From: the human T2T-CHM13v2.0 reference genome, Homo sapiens
Direction: 5' to 3' (one strand)
Length of the DNA: 64,000 bases
Assembly (NCBI RefSeq): GCF_009914755.1
Contig: NC_060928.1
The notes under the pieces are model-generated. The model was not told the DNA's origin. It did not search any database and was given only the letters and a program-made list of their open reading frames with translations. Shown here piece by piece: positions 22,758 through 41,199 of this stretch (its first letter is position 1; every line of letters starts with the position of its first letter). Both the position numbers and the translations under genes were made by a program.

Positions 22758-24351
22758 ACTTAAAAAATCCATTGAGGTATTGGTGGACATATATGTTGTT
22801 TATAATTTCTGACTATTACAAATCAATCTGCTATTAATATTTATATATGAGGTATATACCTGTATTTCTCTTGGGTAAATATTTTTAAGTAGAATGGCTG
22901 GATCATGTGTTGAAATAAGTGGATCATATCATAAAAAAGTTTTGTCTTTTAAAAAAATTGCCAGTTTCCCAAAGTGGTTGTACCATTTTCTATACCCACT
23001 ATAATTGTATGACAGTTCCATGTTATCTTTGATAACACGTGGCCAGTGGTAATAATTTTAGGCATTCTTACAGGTGTGTGGTAGCCTACATAGTGGTATC
23101 TCATTGTGCTTTTAATTTGCATTGCCCTAATGACTAATGATTTCGAGAACATTTTCCTATGTTTATTTACCTTCTGTATGTCTTCTTTGGAGAAGTTTCT
23201 GGTAAAATCTTTTGCCTCCTCCCTTTTTTTTGTTGGGTTGTTTGGTTTCTCATTATTGAATTTTGAGAGTTCTTTATATAGATATAAGTTCTTTATCATA
23301 TATACAATTTGCACACATTTTCTTCCAACCTGTAGCTTGTCTTTTCTTTCTCTTAGAAATTTTTTTTGAAGAGTGGAAGCTCTTAATTTTCATGAAGTGT
23401 AATTATCAATTTCTTCTTTTATGTATTGTGTTTTTGCTGTCATAACTAAGACATCTTTCCCTAACCCAAGACTATAAAATTTTTTTTTCTAGAAGTTTTA
23501 TGGTTTTCAGTTTTACAGTTAGGACTGTAATCCATTTTGAGTTAATTTTTGTGTTTTGTATGAGGTATGGATGAAAATTCTTTTTTTTGCATATTGTAAA
23601 TTGTATTGTTTAAAAAATTTTAATTTCTAATCATTTCTAGAATACCTAAATAAAACTGATTAATCTTGCTAAAGTCACTTATTAGCAACAGTAGTTATTT
23701 CTTTGGTAATTTTCAAGCAATTTTTTACGTAGAGGATGATTTTGCCAGGAAACAAAGGCAGTTTCTTTCTTCTTTCTAGTTTAGATGCCTTTTATTTCTT
23801 TTTCTTGTCTTATTGAACTAGTCAGAACTTTCCAGTCCAATATTGTATGAACATGGTGAGAAAAGGCATCATTGCCTTTTTCCTGTTCGTAAGGAAAAAG
23901 CAATCAGTCATTCTCCATTAAATATGATATTAGCTTTAAGTTTTTTAAATAGATGCTATCTATCAGATTGAGGAAGTTCTCTTCTATCCTTGCTGTGCTA
24001 AGAGTTTTTAGCAGAAACGCTGAATTTTGTCAAACGCTCTTCCTGCATTTGTTGAGATGATCATATGATTTTTCTTTTTAGGCTGTTAATATGGTGAATT
24101 ACATTGATTGATTTTTGAATGTTAAAACAATCTTGCTTTTTGTAAATGAATCCTATTCAGCCATGTTGTGTCATCTTCTTATATGTAATGTCTGTCTGTT
24201 TTTCATATTCCCAAGCTTCTGGCCTCATGAAAGAAGGTAGAAAATATTTCATCTTCTTCAATTTTCTGTAAGAGGTTTTGTAGAATTGGCATCATTTGTT
24301 CCTTAAATGTTTGGTAGAATTCTCCAGCAAAGTCATATGGGCCTGGAGGTG

Positions 24352-24398
24352 TTTTTTGTTTTGTTTTGTTTTGTTTTTTGTTTTTTTTTTGTTTGTTT
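24352..24398. repeat. (GTTTT)n / T-rich simple repeat
   Basis: Visible directly in the sequence. Confidence 0.85.
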
Positions 24399-24834
24399 GG
24401 GAGGGTGGTTAAATTACAAATTTAATTAATTTAATAGGCTATTTAGATTATCTATTTATACTTGGATGAAATTAGTAGTTTGTGTCTTTCAAGAAATTTA
24501 CCTATTTCTTCTAAATTGTCAAATTTATTGGCATAATGTTCATTATAATATTTTCTTATTTTAAAAAATATATGTAAAATATGTAGTGTTGTTACCTTTA
24601 TTATTTCTGACAATGGGTAATTTGTGTCTTCTCTCTTTTTTCCTCTGATTGGCTTGGCTGCAGCTTTACCAATTTTATTGATCTTTTTAAAGAAGTAGCA
24701 TTGGGTTTCATTAATTTTTCATTGACTTTATATATTTTATTAATATCTACTCTGATTTTTTCATAAGTTATCTTCTTCTACTTTGGTTTTAATTTGTTCT
24801 TTGGCTTCTAGTTTCTTTTCTATTTTCTTATTCC

Positions 24835-26492
<1,658 letters not shown>

Positions 26493-28022
26493 CCTGTTTC
26501 TACTTTCTTAAGGTACAAGTTGAGGTCATTGATTTGAGACCTTTCCACTGTTCTAATATGGATGTTCAGTGTTATGGATTTACCTCCAAATATTGTTTTA
26601 ATTGCATCTCACAAAATTTAGAATGTGTGTTTTCTTTTTCATTCAGTCCCACATAATTAGAAATTTTCTATTTCGTTTCTTTTACTCATGGATCATTTAA
26701 AAGAACATTGTTTAGTTTCAATATACTTGAGGATTTTCTATATTTTTTTCTGTTTTTGATTTATAATCTAATTTATTGTGCTCATAGTACATACTTTGCA
26801 TGGTTTGGATCCTTTTAAATTTATGGAGGCATATTTTGTGACCCAGAAAATGGTATGTTTTGGAAAATGTTTCATGTGCACTTGGGAAGAATATATATTA
26901 CAGTTTAGTATTGTGGGATGGATTATTCTATAAATATCAATTAGGTCAAGTTGATTGATGGTGTTCAACTCATATTCTTACTGATTTTCTGTTTACTGGT
27001 TTTATTAACAACTGAACAGGGATTTTTGAAATATCTGACTATAATTCTGAATTTGCTTCTTTTTTTGTTGTACTTTGATCAGCTTTTGTTTCATGTGTTT
27101 TGATGCTCTGCCTCTTTATCATATGAAATGACCTTTTCATTCTCAATAATAATCTATGTTCTGAAATCTATTTTATCCTATTTTAATATAGCCATTTCAT
27201 CTTTCTTTTTATAGGGTTAGCATGGTATATCTTTTTCCATTCATTTACTTTTAGTTAATTTGTGTTTTATATTAAAACTTTTTTTTCTTCTGTAGCAGCA
27301 TATAGAATTGGGTCTTGCCTTTTATTTCTTAAATTCAATCTGAGAATCTCTGCCTTTCACTGTGGTGTTTAGACCATTTACATTTAATGTGATATTTGAT
27401 ATGATGAGTCTAAATTTACTCTCTTGCTATTTTTTTCTCTCTATTCTTTGTCTATTATCTTTTTCTCTTTTTTTCTATTTTCTATTTCTTATCTTTTCCC
27501 ATTTTTAAATAATTACTTTATACTTCCAGTTTATATTCATTGTTGGCTTATTAGTTATAATGCTTTGCTGTGTAATTTTAGTGATAGCTTTGGTGTTTAT
27601 AGAAAATATCTTTAACTTTTTACACTCTACCTTCTGGTAATATACTGCTTCATATTTTTATAAAAATATTACCACAGTATACTTCCATTTTCTCCTCCAA
27701 GCCTTTGCACCACTGTTGTCATACATTTTATTTCTACATATGTCATAAACCCCCCAAAATATTATTATTTTTGCTTCATATAGTCACGTATCTTTTAAAG
27801 ATACTTAATTAGTAATAAAAATCATTTTAAAAACATGTAGTTACAATTTTTGGTGCTTTTAATTTGAGCACAGATTATTATTTCCATCTGTTATTTTTCT
27901 TCTGGCTGAAGGACTTTTTATGTCATTTCTTGTATTTAAGCTCTGTTAGTGATGAATTATTTCAATTTTTGTATGCTTCAAAGAGTAGTTTGTTTTTGAA
28001 AAATATTTTTGCTGTGTAAAAG

Positions 28023-28111
28023 ATGGCACATGTATACATGTGTACCTAACCTGCACATTGTGCACATGTACCCTAAAACTTAAAGTATAATAATAATAAA
28101 ATAAAATAAAA
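28023..28111 (+). mobile_element. Tiny 5'-truncated L1PA 3' end
   Basis: ATGGCACATGTATACAT...ACCCTAAAACTTAAAGTATAATAAT followed by an A-rich tail. Confidence 0.9.
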
Positions 28112-29689
28112 TTATCATTTGATTTTTTTTCAGTACTTTATATTTCTCTACTGTCATCTGCATTACATTGTTTCTGATGAAAATCTAATGCCATCCTAAT
28201 GTTTGTCCCTCCCTACCCCACTCAGGACAACTGATGTTCCTTTGTATGTAATTTTTTTTCTTATGGCTACTTTTAAGATGTTTTTCTCTCTATCATCATA
28301 ATTTTAAGCAGTTTGATCATGTTGTGACTTGGTTTCTTTTTATTTATTTATTTTTGTGTGTGTGTGCTTACAGTTCATTGAGCATCTCGGATCTGTGGAC
28401 TTTTGTACTTCATTAAATTGAAAATATTTTGGCCATTATCTTTTCAAATATTACCTTGACCTTTTTTTTTCTTTAAGAACTCCAATTACATGCATATTAG
28501 ACAAGTCGAATTTGTCACTTAGCTCACTGATGACTCTGTTAAATCTTTTTTAGACATTGTGTTTTATTTGGGATAATTTCCATTGTCTTTAAATTAACTA
28601 ATATTTTCTTCTGCAGTGAATAATCTGGCATTAATCTCATGGCAAAAATCTCATATTTTTCTTCTTGAACATTCTAATTTTTTATTTCTAGATGTTTAGA
28701 TTTGTGTTATGTTTTTATTTTTCATAATTCTTAACATGTTCAATTTTACTTCTTATTGTTTGAACATATGAAATATAGTTATAATAATTGTATAAACATC
28801 CATTTTCATTAATTCTATAATCTATATAATTTCTGTGTCAATTTTGATTGCTTACTTTTTCTCATTATTGTTCATATTTTCCTGCTTTTTTGCATGTCTA
28901 ATAATTTTTAATTAAATGCCAGTCATTGTGAATTTTGCCTTGTGTTCTGGGTATTCTTGTATTTCAACAAATCTTCTCAAATTTTGTTGTTTGAAGCACT
29001 TAAGTTACTTGGAAACAGTTTGATTTTAGCAGGTCTTTTTTTGAATTGGGATCAAAGTAGAATTGAGTCTAAGGGCTAATATTTCCCTAGTACTATATTG
29101 ATACAAAACCCTTCTATGTACTTTATACAATGCTTTTGGAATGATGAGGTTTTAGACTTTGTTGATGAGAATAGGAGCTATTCTTCTGCGTGAACTCTCA
29201 GTGTTCTTCCCCATTATCCTTTTGGGTGGTTATTTTCCTGGTCTCAGTTATTTTTCACACACCCATAAGCTGGTTAGTACTTAGTTGAAGACTTGATGTG
29301 GACACTGCAGATCTCTGAAGCCCTCTCCTCTCTGTATCTCTGCTCTACAGAGTCTACTTGCTGTGGTATCCATAGGCTCCCAGCAACATCTTCTCTACTC
29401 ACGGTGACTACTGGACTCTGCCTATGTTTTTCTTTCTTGTGTCATGGCCTGGAAACTCTTTTTAGATAATATGTAGGCAATCATAGGACTCACTTTGTTC
29501 ATTATTCCCATTTCTCAGAGATCAATGTTTTTTGTAGCATGAATTTTAATGTTTTGAAAATTATTGTTTGATAAATTTTGTTGATTTAGTTGTTTCAGGA
29601 GTATAACCAGTATATATGGTCCTTGTTACTTTGTCTTGGCAAGAAGCATAAATTTCCGAGTATCTATTTTTTTATGCAAGGTTGTAGAC

Positions 29690-29785
29690 CTAACCCTTGC
29701 TGCATGTATTAAAATCATGTGGAGAGCTTTTAAATAAGAACTTGTCTCTGAGATTCTGATTTAATTGGTCTGGAATGATGTTTGT
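29690..29785. mobile_element. MER5-like hAT-Charlie fragment
   Basis: CTGCATGTATTAAAATCATGTGGAGAGCTTTTAAA...GAGATTCTGATTTAATTGGTCTGG. Confidence 0.55.
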
Positions 29786-29934
29786 GTGAAGTGTTTAAGT
29801 GTTATACCCCTTATACCACTATTGTGGTTGCTTTAGTTCTCTGTTGCTTTTTAATTGCCACAGATAACACTATTAAAAGTGTCGCTTACTTTAGCTAACT
29901 GATGACCATCAAAGTCCTTTAACAGTTTGCCTGT

Positions 29935-30105
29935 TTATTTATTCATTTATTTTTAGAGATGGGGTCTTGCTATGTTGCTCAGGCTGAAGTGCATTGGTAT
30001 AATCATAGCTTAGATTACTGCAGCCTGAACTTCTGGGCTCAAGTGATCCTTCTGCCTCAGCATCCCAAGTAGCTTGGACTACAGGTATGTGCCATGATGC
30101 CCAGT
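29935..30105 (-). mobile_element. Alu monomer (FAM/FRAM-like)
   Basis: Single Alu arm of ~170 bp with an A-rich tail. Confidence 0.8.
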
Positions 30106-30660
30106 GGTTTGCCCATATTTTGACATGTAAAATTAAGTCATGTCATTTGGTACTCTTAAAAAATAAAGGTAGCTGAATGGATGTTTATCTTACTCCATCA
30201 GGAAGATTTTGGTGCTGGATACAATGCAGTTGATGAGTAGTCTCATTTTCTTCTTACTCTTAAATGACAGTTCACAACTTACACACATTTCATGGGTCAT
30301 ACAGGGTCACATAACAAAATTGGAATTAGTGTGCTTTAAATTGGAAAGAAAACAGATCACTTTGATTTAATATTTACATTTTAACTAGAAATTTTGCACC
30401 CCTAAAAAAACTACAGTGCCCTACATTTTCAAACTTTATTAATTGAATCTTAACTTCAGGTTCTTTCTAACAGATACAACAATCACTGTAACTTGGTGCT
30501 GAAAATCTATCTGCCTAATACCCAACTTCATTCCAAAAGGTATAATACATTTTCCTAGAATATTTCTACAATTACCCAATCTAGTTGGCTGTTTAGGTTG
30601 TTAACTTTGTTATGCTGGTGAATTATATATGAGCTTTAGAAATGACCATCTTTAAGAAAT

Positions 30661-31855
<1,195 letters not shown>

Positions 31856-32089
31856 CTATAAGTTTGCTTTAGTGATGGCATGGGACTTACATATAAAATG
31901 TAAAATAAAAACTGCTAACATAGAGAAATCCCACTCCTAAAATCTGCTCATCCTCCCTGATTTTTATATTTCCATTTATAGCATTATTATTTTTATAGTC
32001 ACCTGACTAGAGTCAAAGCTTTGGAGTAATCTTTTTCTTCTCTTTCTGTACACTTTTAATCAATCGCCTATTACAGCTACCTTTTATCA

Positions 32090-32285
32090 AGCATGTAGTA
32101 TCTGCCAGAAATTTTATGTCATCTATGTCTCATAATGTACTGCCAGGTAAGTACTATTATTCCCATTTGCCAGATGAGAAAACAAAAGCTCAAATAAGTG
32201 AAATGGGTGATTCTGTGTCACTCAGTTTGTAAGCAAAAGAGTTGTAATTGAAGGCCAGGTTTATTTGTATCCCAAGCCCATTTCT
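32090..32285 (-). mobile_element. MIR
   Basis: AGGTAAGTACTATTATTCCCATTTGCCAGATGAGAAAACAAAAGCTCA core. Confidence 0.7.
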
Positions 32286-32524
32286 TTCTGCTTTATAAAG
32301 TTATTTCCCTCAGGAGATGCTGACATTCTCTATGAAGTTTGTCTCTTGAAGAAACTGTATTATTATTTTTTAAGTCTCAGGAACATAAAACATATTAATC
32401 ATAATTCTTGGCTCATGACACATTCATCTGTGGTTCATTCATGGTCATCTTTTATTTGTTTGGTTTTCTATTTTGATACTATTGTAACAATAATACTTCA
32501 GGAATAATAATAACAAATGGAATA

Positions 32525-33308
<784 letters not shown>

Positions 33309-35689
33309 TTGAGTCTCTTATATATTTTATTTCCCTTAATAGATGGCAAGCTTCTCGGAGATAGGGATTATTTTAAATTTATGTGTGTATTTCTCATCAA
33401 CATAATCATTTACCCTGGTTTGCCCTTAATTGTGGGAAGGATGGATGTCCACTAACCCCGGGTGTTCTTCAGCACCAATCAATTACTTTTATTTTTCCTT
33501 CTCTAAGATTTCTTCTTTTGTTTTCATGACTCACTGTTTCTCTCTACCTGTGCATGGAATATACTGATGGTGGTGGTGGTAGTAGGGGTAGGAGGAGCAG
33601 AGATGAAAGAAGGAAGGACGGGAACTTTTCAATGCATAAGGCTATAGTTCCCGGTGGATATACAAGAAAGTGATATAAACACATTGATGGGGAGAAGATG
33701 TCAATATCTCTGCTTGTTATTTCAAGGGTAAGAAGTGACTGAGATGTAAATAAGATCAATGAAAAGAAGGTAGGTAGAGACTCCCATTTCATATCACTTC
33801 TTATGTGCTATTTATGGTGCATCCTAGATGAGCAGCCGTTCTTACTATATCACATAATATCTTGCCCTTGAATTGAGGATTGGAATGTAGTTCACATTAT
33901 CTCCATTTTAAAGATGAGGAAAATTATATTGACAAATATGTCTGAAAACTGGAGAATCCATGAAGAGAGCTCTCCCGTTTGATGTGGCACTGTCCTAACC
34001 ACATACTTTCACAAAGAAACACATTTCCCGAGGCTCTTTAATGTTTATTTTGTACGTTCTCTTCCTTCTTTCATGGCTTCAAAGGTTGCTGCTGCTCTTT
34101 TGGAGCTCTTTGATTTCTGAGATCCTGTTTGGGTCCAGGTTCTCCTCTTGCCAAACTCAGTATTTGGAGCATTAAAGCAGTGTCAGACAAATGACACCTT
34201 ATTGAATCATGTGAATTCTAGTTTTTTAGATCCATTTCAATTAAGTTGCTCAGAAAAAGTAGCTCTTTCTGACATTTATTTCAGAGAAAATGCCACTAAT
34301 GAAAACACTGTAGATTCATAGCTCAACCTGCTCTCCAGTAATTTGTGTATAGTGTGACCTACCACATGCTGCTTTTGCAGATTTACACCTTGCATACTGA
34401 AGCCCTTAGGAAAGAGGGAGGGAACAAGGGTGGGGGAAAGAGTGGGAGCAGAGTGTGAGAGCAAGAGAGAGAGTGAGAGTGAGCCAGCAAGTGAGAGAGA
34501 GAGACTTTATTTTTAGCTCGACTTCTAAGTCAAGCTTAGGAGGGCAGAGAGAAAACAATCACAAATGTTCATGACATTGATGTCTAAGTGATGAGGTATG
34601 TCGTGTTACTTATTAAGTTGTTCAGAGTTTTAGTGACATTCTTCTTAAAATATAACATACAGGTTGAATGCACTTAAGAAAAATTCCAGAGAAAAGTTAT
34701 TTCCAATGGTTTTTTTTTTTTTTTGGTAGTGGTGGTGAGGGATGTATGTTATTGATCTTATAATAGAAATAATGACTTCAACCAGGTTTTCTGAGAAAAT
34801 TAATGACTGCCTAAGGTTAATGGTCTTCAATCTCCCAGTCAGCCATTAATCCCCAGGAAATGCCCTGGGCCTTGATCATTATTGTGTAAATAATACAAAA
34901 GTGGGTATAGTTCTCTTGTCAGATGGGAAACATAAACCACTCTTGTTCTCTCTCTTTATGACAATAAGAATAACGTATTAGGAGAAAAAACACAACAACT
35001 TTGCTCCAGTGCAAATAAATAGTCTTGTTTAAACAAAATTATTAAACAGAATATTGAACAAACTTAAACTCTGTATGTTTGAGTAGGAAATAATGGGTGA
35101 CAGGAAGCTCAGAATTCTTAGGCAGCTGTAGTTAGAGCTATGAGTGAGGTAAAATGGAGAGCCAAATATTGATTGAAGACAGTGCAATTACTGTCATATT
35201 AGAGATTTCAAATTAGAATCAGAGTTAAATAAACACATAAGTGACTGCATTAATGGCCGCAAACAAAAGATAGCGCTGGAAGTTACTTTTAAAAATAGAA
35301 CCTGATAGTTTAATAAAAATATCTTAAGTAACTACATTTTCTAAAATTTCAAATAAATATTGTGATGAATAGGAATATTTTTCTTACTTTAGAATATCAA
35401 AGGATTTTTATAGTCCTTTATGTGGGTTATTTTGCATTCCAGGATTTTCAAGGAGGCAAATAGCAAAATGAAAAGCACGTGCAGGAAATCAGTATAGCAG
35501 TAGCCCTTATCTGCCAAACGGGATGCTACTGAGGTGGAGAAGCCTTCAGTAGGATTTTCTTACTTTGAATGGAAATGTGCTTGTGTAGCATTATAACTGT
35601 CTCAGATTCAGCTGAAGGTCTTTACATTAAGTAGTTTCTCAGTAAACATTTGCAACGTAAGTACATGCCCTCTTGCCCTGAGAGTTCCT

Positions 35690-38140
35690 TGTATGTTTGG
35701 GAGATTAACTTTTTATCTCGGATACGTGTTGCAAGTGTTTTCTCCCAAATTGGCATTTACCTTTTACCTTATTATTATTATTTTTTACATGTAAAAGCTT
35801 ATTTTTCTCCAAACTCTTTTTTTCCTCCCCTGGATTTTGAGTTTTATTTGGAAAGGCTTTACTCACACCCAGATTATAAAGGGATTCACTGATATTTTAT
35901 TCTAGAACTTGTAGGACTTAATTTCTTTTATATTTTAAATTTTTATATTAAGAAATTCCCCCTTTTATCTTTAGTTGACACATAATGTATGCATTTCTGG
36001 GATACAGAGTGGTATTTCAATACGTGTACATAATTCATTTTTTCCTTTTTTGGGTTTCTGATTCACACAGGGTTTATCCTGGTGTTTGGTGTGAGGTGTG
36101 GGCTGCAATTGTGTCTTCTTCCAAATGAATCTCCAGTTATCACAATACTGTTTATTAAAAAGTCCATCCTGTTCTCACAGATGTGAGACACTATTTCAAT
36201 TAATTATATTTTACATTTTTATATGTAGCTGGATTTACCTTTAAACTTTCTATTCTGTTTTAATTGTCTAGTTGTTTACTCATATTCAATGTTTTGATGT
36301 CGAGAAGACCAAATCACTTCCCTCTTGGCTCCTTTTTATAAGGAACTTATCAGTTAATTTTGTATATTTTTCTATATGAATTTTAGAGCCAACTTGTCTA
36401 GCTTTAGAAAAAATCTCATTTATATATATTTTTGGAGAATTACATTACATACATATGAACTAGAAGGATACTTGATATCTTTTTTTTGTTGTGTCATCCA
36501 AATGAACATCAAGCATGGTCTTTCCATTTGTTCAGCTCTGCTTTTGTCTTTCAGGAATGTTTGAAATATTCCTCATATAGATTTTTTACATTACTGTTTG
36601 ATATGCTTTTATTTTTATTTTTGTTGATAGTTTAAACTTCTTTTTCTGTCATTATATCTTCTGAATGGCTATTACTTATATAGAAATAATATCATTGATT
36701 TGGTGTTCTAAGTAAAGTCTCATACAATATGCAAATAAAGATAGTTTAACTTTTTCGATTCTTTTCTTTCTAATTCATTTCTCTTGTTTCATTGCATTAG
36801 CTAATAAGTTTAACTCTGTGTTGAATAGGAAAGGCAGAATAGCAGACATCCTTGCATCATTCTCAATTTTTACTGGAAATGCCTGAAGTGTTTACCTAGT
36901 AAGTAATATGCCAGATTTAGAGTTGCAGAAAATATATTTTTATCAATTTAAAGAAAAATCCTTGGTTTTCTGTTTTACAAAGTATTTTATCAGAAATGGG
37001 TTTTTGGATTTTATTAAAGTGCTTTTTCAGTGTTTATGACAATAGTCAAATAATTTTTTCTTTAGATCTTTTAAAATTGTGCTTATACTAAAGGATTTTC
37101 TATTATCAAACCACTCTGGCATTCATGTAATAAACTCTACTTAATCATGATATACTAATTTTGTAATGTGCTGTTGGATTCTGTTTCCTACTCTTTGGTT
37201 TATGATTTTATTTATTAAAATTTTATTTATTTGCTTTTAAAATTTTATTTTTAAAATTGATAAATAATAATTGTACATGTTTCTGGGGTACATAATCGTG
37301 TTTCAATATATATAATATAGAGTGACTCAGATCAGGATAATTAGCACATCTGTCATCTCAAACATTTATCATTTCTATTGGGAACTTTCAATATCCTCCT
37401 TCTAGCTATTTGAAACTATATAGTATACTAGTGTTAATTATAGTCATTCTACACTGCCATAGAACACCAAAATTTATTCCTCCCATCTAGCTATAATTTT
37501 GTAACCTTTAATAAATCTCTTTTCACCCTTCCCTTTTCCCTAGCCTCCCAGCCTCTAGTCTCCTCTGTTCCATTTTACTTCTATGAAATCAACTTCTTTT
37601 AGCTTCCACATAGGAGTGAAAGCATGTGGTTAACTTTCTGTTTCTGGCTTATTTCACTTAACATAATGTCCTCCAGTTCCATCCATGTTGTCACAAATGC
37701 CAGGATTTCATTCTTTTTTATGCCTGAGTTGTATTCCACTGGGCATATGTACCATGTTTTCTTTATTCATTCATTTGTTGTTGGACACCTAGGTTGATTC
37801 TGTATCTTGGCTATTGTGAATAGTGCTGCAGTAAACTTTCCTCAATATTTTGAAGTGAGATTGTCTATTTTTTTTACTGCCATTTTATTAGGTTTATATA
37901 TCAATGCTAAATTTTCTTTGTAGTAAAATTTTTTACAGAAGTTAAAAAAAATTTTGGAAATGTCTTCTTTTTCTATGCTTGGAAAAATTTAAGTGGCATT
38001 CCATTATCTAATCTTTGAAGCTTTGGCTAAATACCCCCTTAAAATCATCTGCACATAGTAAAATTTGAGGGTTAGTTCTCCTTTTCTCCTGTGAAAATTG
38101 ATACAAGTTTTTTTTGCTTGGTTTTGCTTTAGGAAATTTG
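35690..38140 (-). mobile_element. Ancient L1ME-like ORF2 remnants
   Basis: T-rich degenerate L1 ORF2 (TGAATTTTAGAGCCAACTTGTCTAG; GTTGAATAGGAAAGG...CATCCTTG). Confidence 0.65.
37235..37838 (-). mobile_element. L1MA-type 3' end
   Basis: AATAATTGTACATGTTTCTGGGGTACAT...TTGGCTATTGTGAATAGTGCTGCAGTAAAC. Confidence 0.85.
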
Positions 38141-38149
38141 TGTTGGGGT

Positions 38150-38695
38150 GTGTGGTTGGAGAATAAAGGCCCCCCCAGATACCCATGCCCTAGTCCTCAG
38201 AACCTGTATGTTAAGTTACATGGCAAAGGGGACTTTGCAGATGTGACTAAGGGTAGGGACCTTGAGATGAGATTATTCTGAACTATCTAATCATATGAGT
38301 ACTTAAAAGTAGGCAGCTTTTCCCTTCTGGGTGAGAGGGATGCAACGTGAGAGGGAATTGACCTGCACCCGTTGTTGTTGGCTTTGGAAGTGGAGGAAGG
38401 GCCACCAGCCAAGGAATAGGAATGGACTTCAGAGGCTGACATGACTCTCAGCTGACACTCAAGAAGAAAACAGGGACAGCCATAAGGAAATGATTTCTGC
38501 CAACAACACAGATGAGCAGGGAATATTCTCCTCCAGAACCTCCAGAAAGGAAAGCAGTTTGCAGACACCTTGATTTTAGTTTAGTCAGATGCATATTAAA
38601 TGTCTAACCTATAGAACTGAAAAATAATGCATTTGTGGTGTTTTAAGACATTACATTTATGGTAACTTTGTATGGCAGCAATAGAAAACTAATTA
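38150..38695 (+). mobile_element. MLT1D/E-like MaLR solo LTR
   Basis: TTACATGGCAAAGGGGACTTTGCAGATGTGACTAAG...GGCAGCAATAGAAAACTAAT. Confidence 0.8.
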
Positions 38696-38817
38696 TTATC
38701 TGGAAAGATGGGGTCAATTTTGAAAAACGTACTTTCCTATGAAACTCTCTTTGTGGGATTTTCAATTTATTTTCATAGAATTATGCAATATAGATTCATA
38801 ATTTTCTTTTCTTTTCC

Positions 38818-39110
38818 ATTTTTTTTTTTTGAGACAGGGTCTCGCTCTGTCACCCAGGCTGGAGTGCAGTGGCGATCTTGGCTCACTGCATCCTCTGCCT
38901 CCTAGGTTCAATTGATTCTTGTGCCTCAGCCTCCCCAGTAGCTGGAACTACAGGTGTGCAATGTGCCTGGCTAATTTTTGTATTTTTAGTAGGGACGAGT
39001 TTTTGCCATGTTGGCCAGGCTGGTCTCAAACTTCTGACCTCGAGCAAACCTCCTGCCTTGGCCTCCCAAAATACTGGGATTACAGGTGTGAGCCACTGCA
39101 CCTGGCCTGG
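38818..39110 (-). mobile_element. Alu (S/Jb-like)
   Basis: Full dimer with poly(T). Confidence 0.92.
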
Positions 39111-39667
39111 ACTCATGATTTTCAAAGTTTCATCTCTTTAAGTGGTTATTTCTCCTTTGTCATTTATGATTTTGTCTATCTATACTTTCTTTTCCTCAAT
39201 TAAGTTAGCTAATTTTTTGGTTATGGCTATCTTTAGGTCATCTGAAACAGCAGGCTGGGGTGAGAAGGCAAAAGGCCATATTTTTATCTGATCTTTGCCA
39301 TTAGACCGGCCCCATTGTCTCAGTGATGTTCTTGAGAGGTTTGGGCCAGTCTTATATTCAGCTAAATCTTATAATTCTCTTGAATTAACCTGTCTTGTAG
39401 GACTGCTAAACTTGGCAAGGAAAAACCAGCTCTCACTGATATACTGATTTTTTTCCTAATCTGTCTCACCCATAGAATCTATCCACATGTGATTTGTATG
39501 GTAAGGTATTATCACCTACAGTTAATCAAATAATGTACCATGGCATAGGAATCACCAACTTTTCAGCCTGCAATATCTGTTTCCTTTCTGATCACCAGCT
39601 GCTCACTAAATTAATATCCCATATTTTAAATTTTGTTAAGGTAGCCCCATTTCTAGGTACCAAACTC

Positions 39668-40087
39668 TGTGTTTGTGGAGTATGTAATCTGCTAACAAAA
39701 TAATAAAATGACAGTGACTTTAAAAAGGTAAAAGTATATTTGTCTCTCATAATAATCCAGGCATAAACAAACTAGGGGTATGATATGACAGCTCTGTTAT
39801 CTTCTGTTGCTCTATCACAGTCCCTGGGGGTTGCTCTGGTTTGTGTGGTAGCAGATGGCCTGATACTGTCATACTCCAGGCCTTAAGGCTGCACACATCC
39901 CCTCTGCTTGCGGCCAGCATGGCAGAACTTAGGCATATCCTACATCTCTGCATTCCTACCTGTAATGGAAACTGGAAAACGTAGTATTTATTCTCAGTAC
40001 CCATTTGTTCAGATAAAACTCAGAGATAATCTTATAATGGAGGAGGGGAAGAATGAACGGTGCGGCCAACTGTTGGTGTATGCCACA
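39668..40087 (-). mobile_element. Old MLT1-family LTR
   Basis: AACAAAATAATAAAATGACAGTGACTTTAA...TATATTTGTCTCTCAT...; ends TGCCACA. Confidence 0.5.
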
Positions 40088-40310
40088 TCCCTTTTCTCGT
40101 GATGCTGCCCATTTTTCCTTCTTTTAAAACTAGGATGTTTTCTTGGATTTAAATGCTTCAAAATTTCCACTACAGTGAGAATTTTTATTGAGAAAAATTT
40201 AAGCTAGTATAATATTTCCTTTAGGTTTAGGTTTTTTCCCCTTATGAAGGATAGTCCTTTCATTGTATATTTTATACATAATAATTATTGTTTTAAAAAA
40301 TTAGCCAATA

Positions 40311-40621
<311 letters not shown>

Positions 40622-40870
40622 TTAGCTAATAAAAGAGAAAATATCTGAAATTTCTGCACATTCAGAAAAATATCATTGTTTCAATGACTGTATTTCACAT
40701 ACTTTTAAAGAAACATACACAAAAACATTTCCAAAGATTTTATCTAAAGATTACCATATAGTTATCCCGTTTTCATTGAGCAAACTTCGAGAAAATGCAA
40801 TTTTCTCTTTTTATCTTTTCTCTTGCCAACTGAATAACAGTTTTAATGTTTAATTGAATAAATATACATT

Positions 40871-41113
<243 letters not shown>

Positions 41114-41157
<44 letters not shown>

Positions 41158-41172
41158 GTATATATATATACA
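41114..41172. repeat. (CA)n followed by (TA)n microsatellite
   Basis: About 20 CA units at the Alu tail. Confidence 0.96.
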
Positions 41173-41199
41173 TCATCTGTATATACATTTAAACATTTT

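Noticed and set aside
34800-34812. TTAATGACTGCCT also found at ~50336
   Set aside because: A 13-bp match is expected by chance in 64 kb of AT-rich DNA
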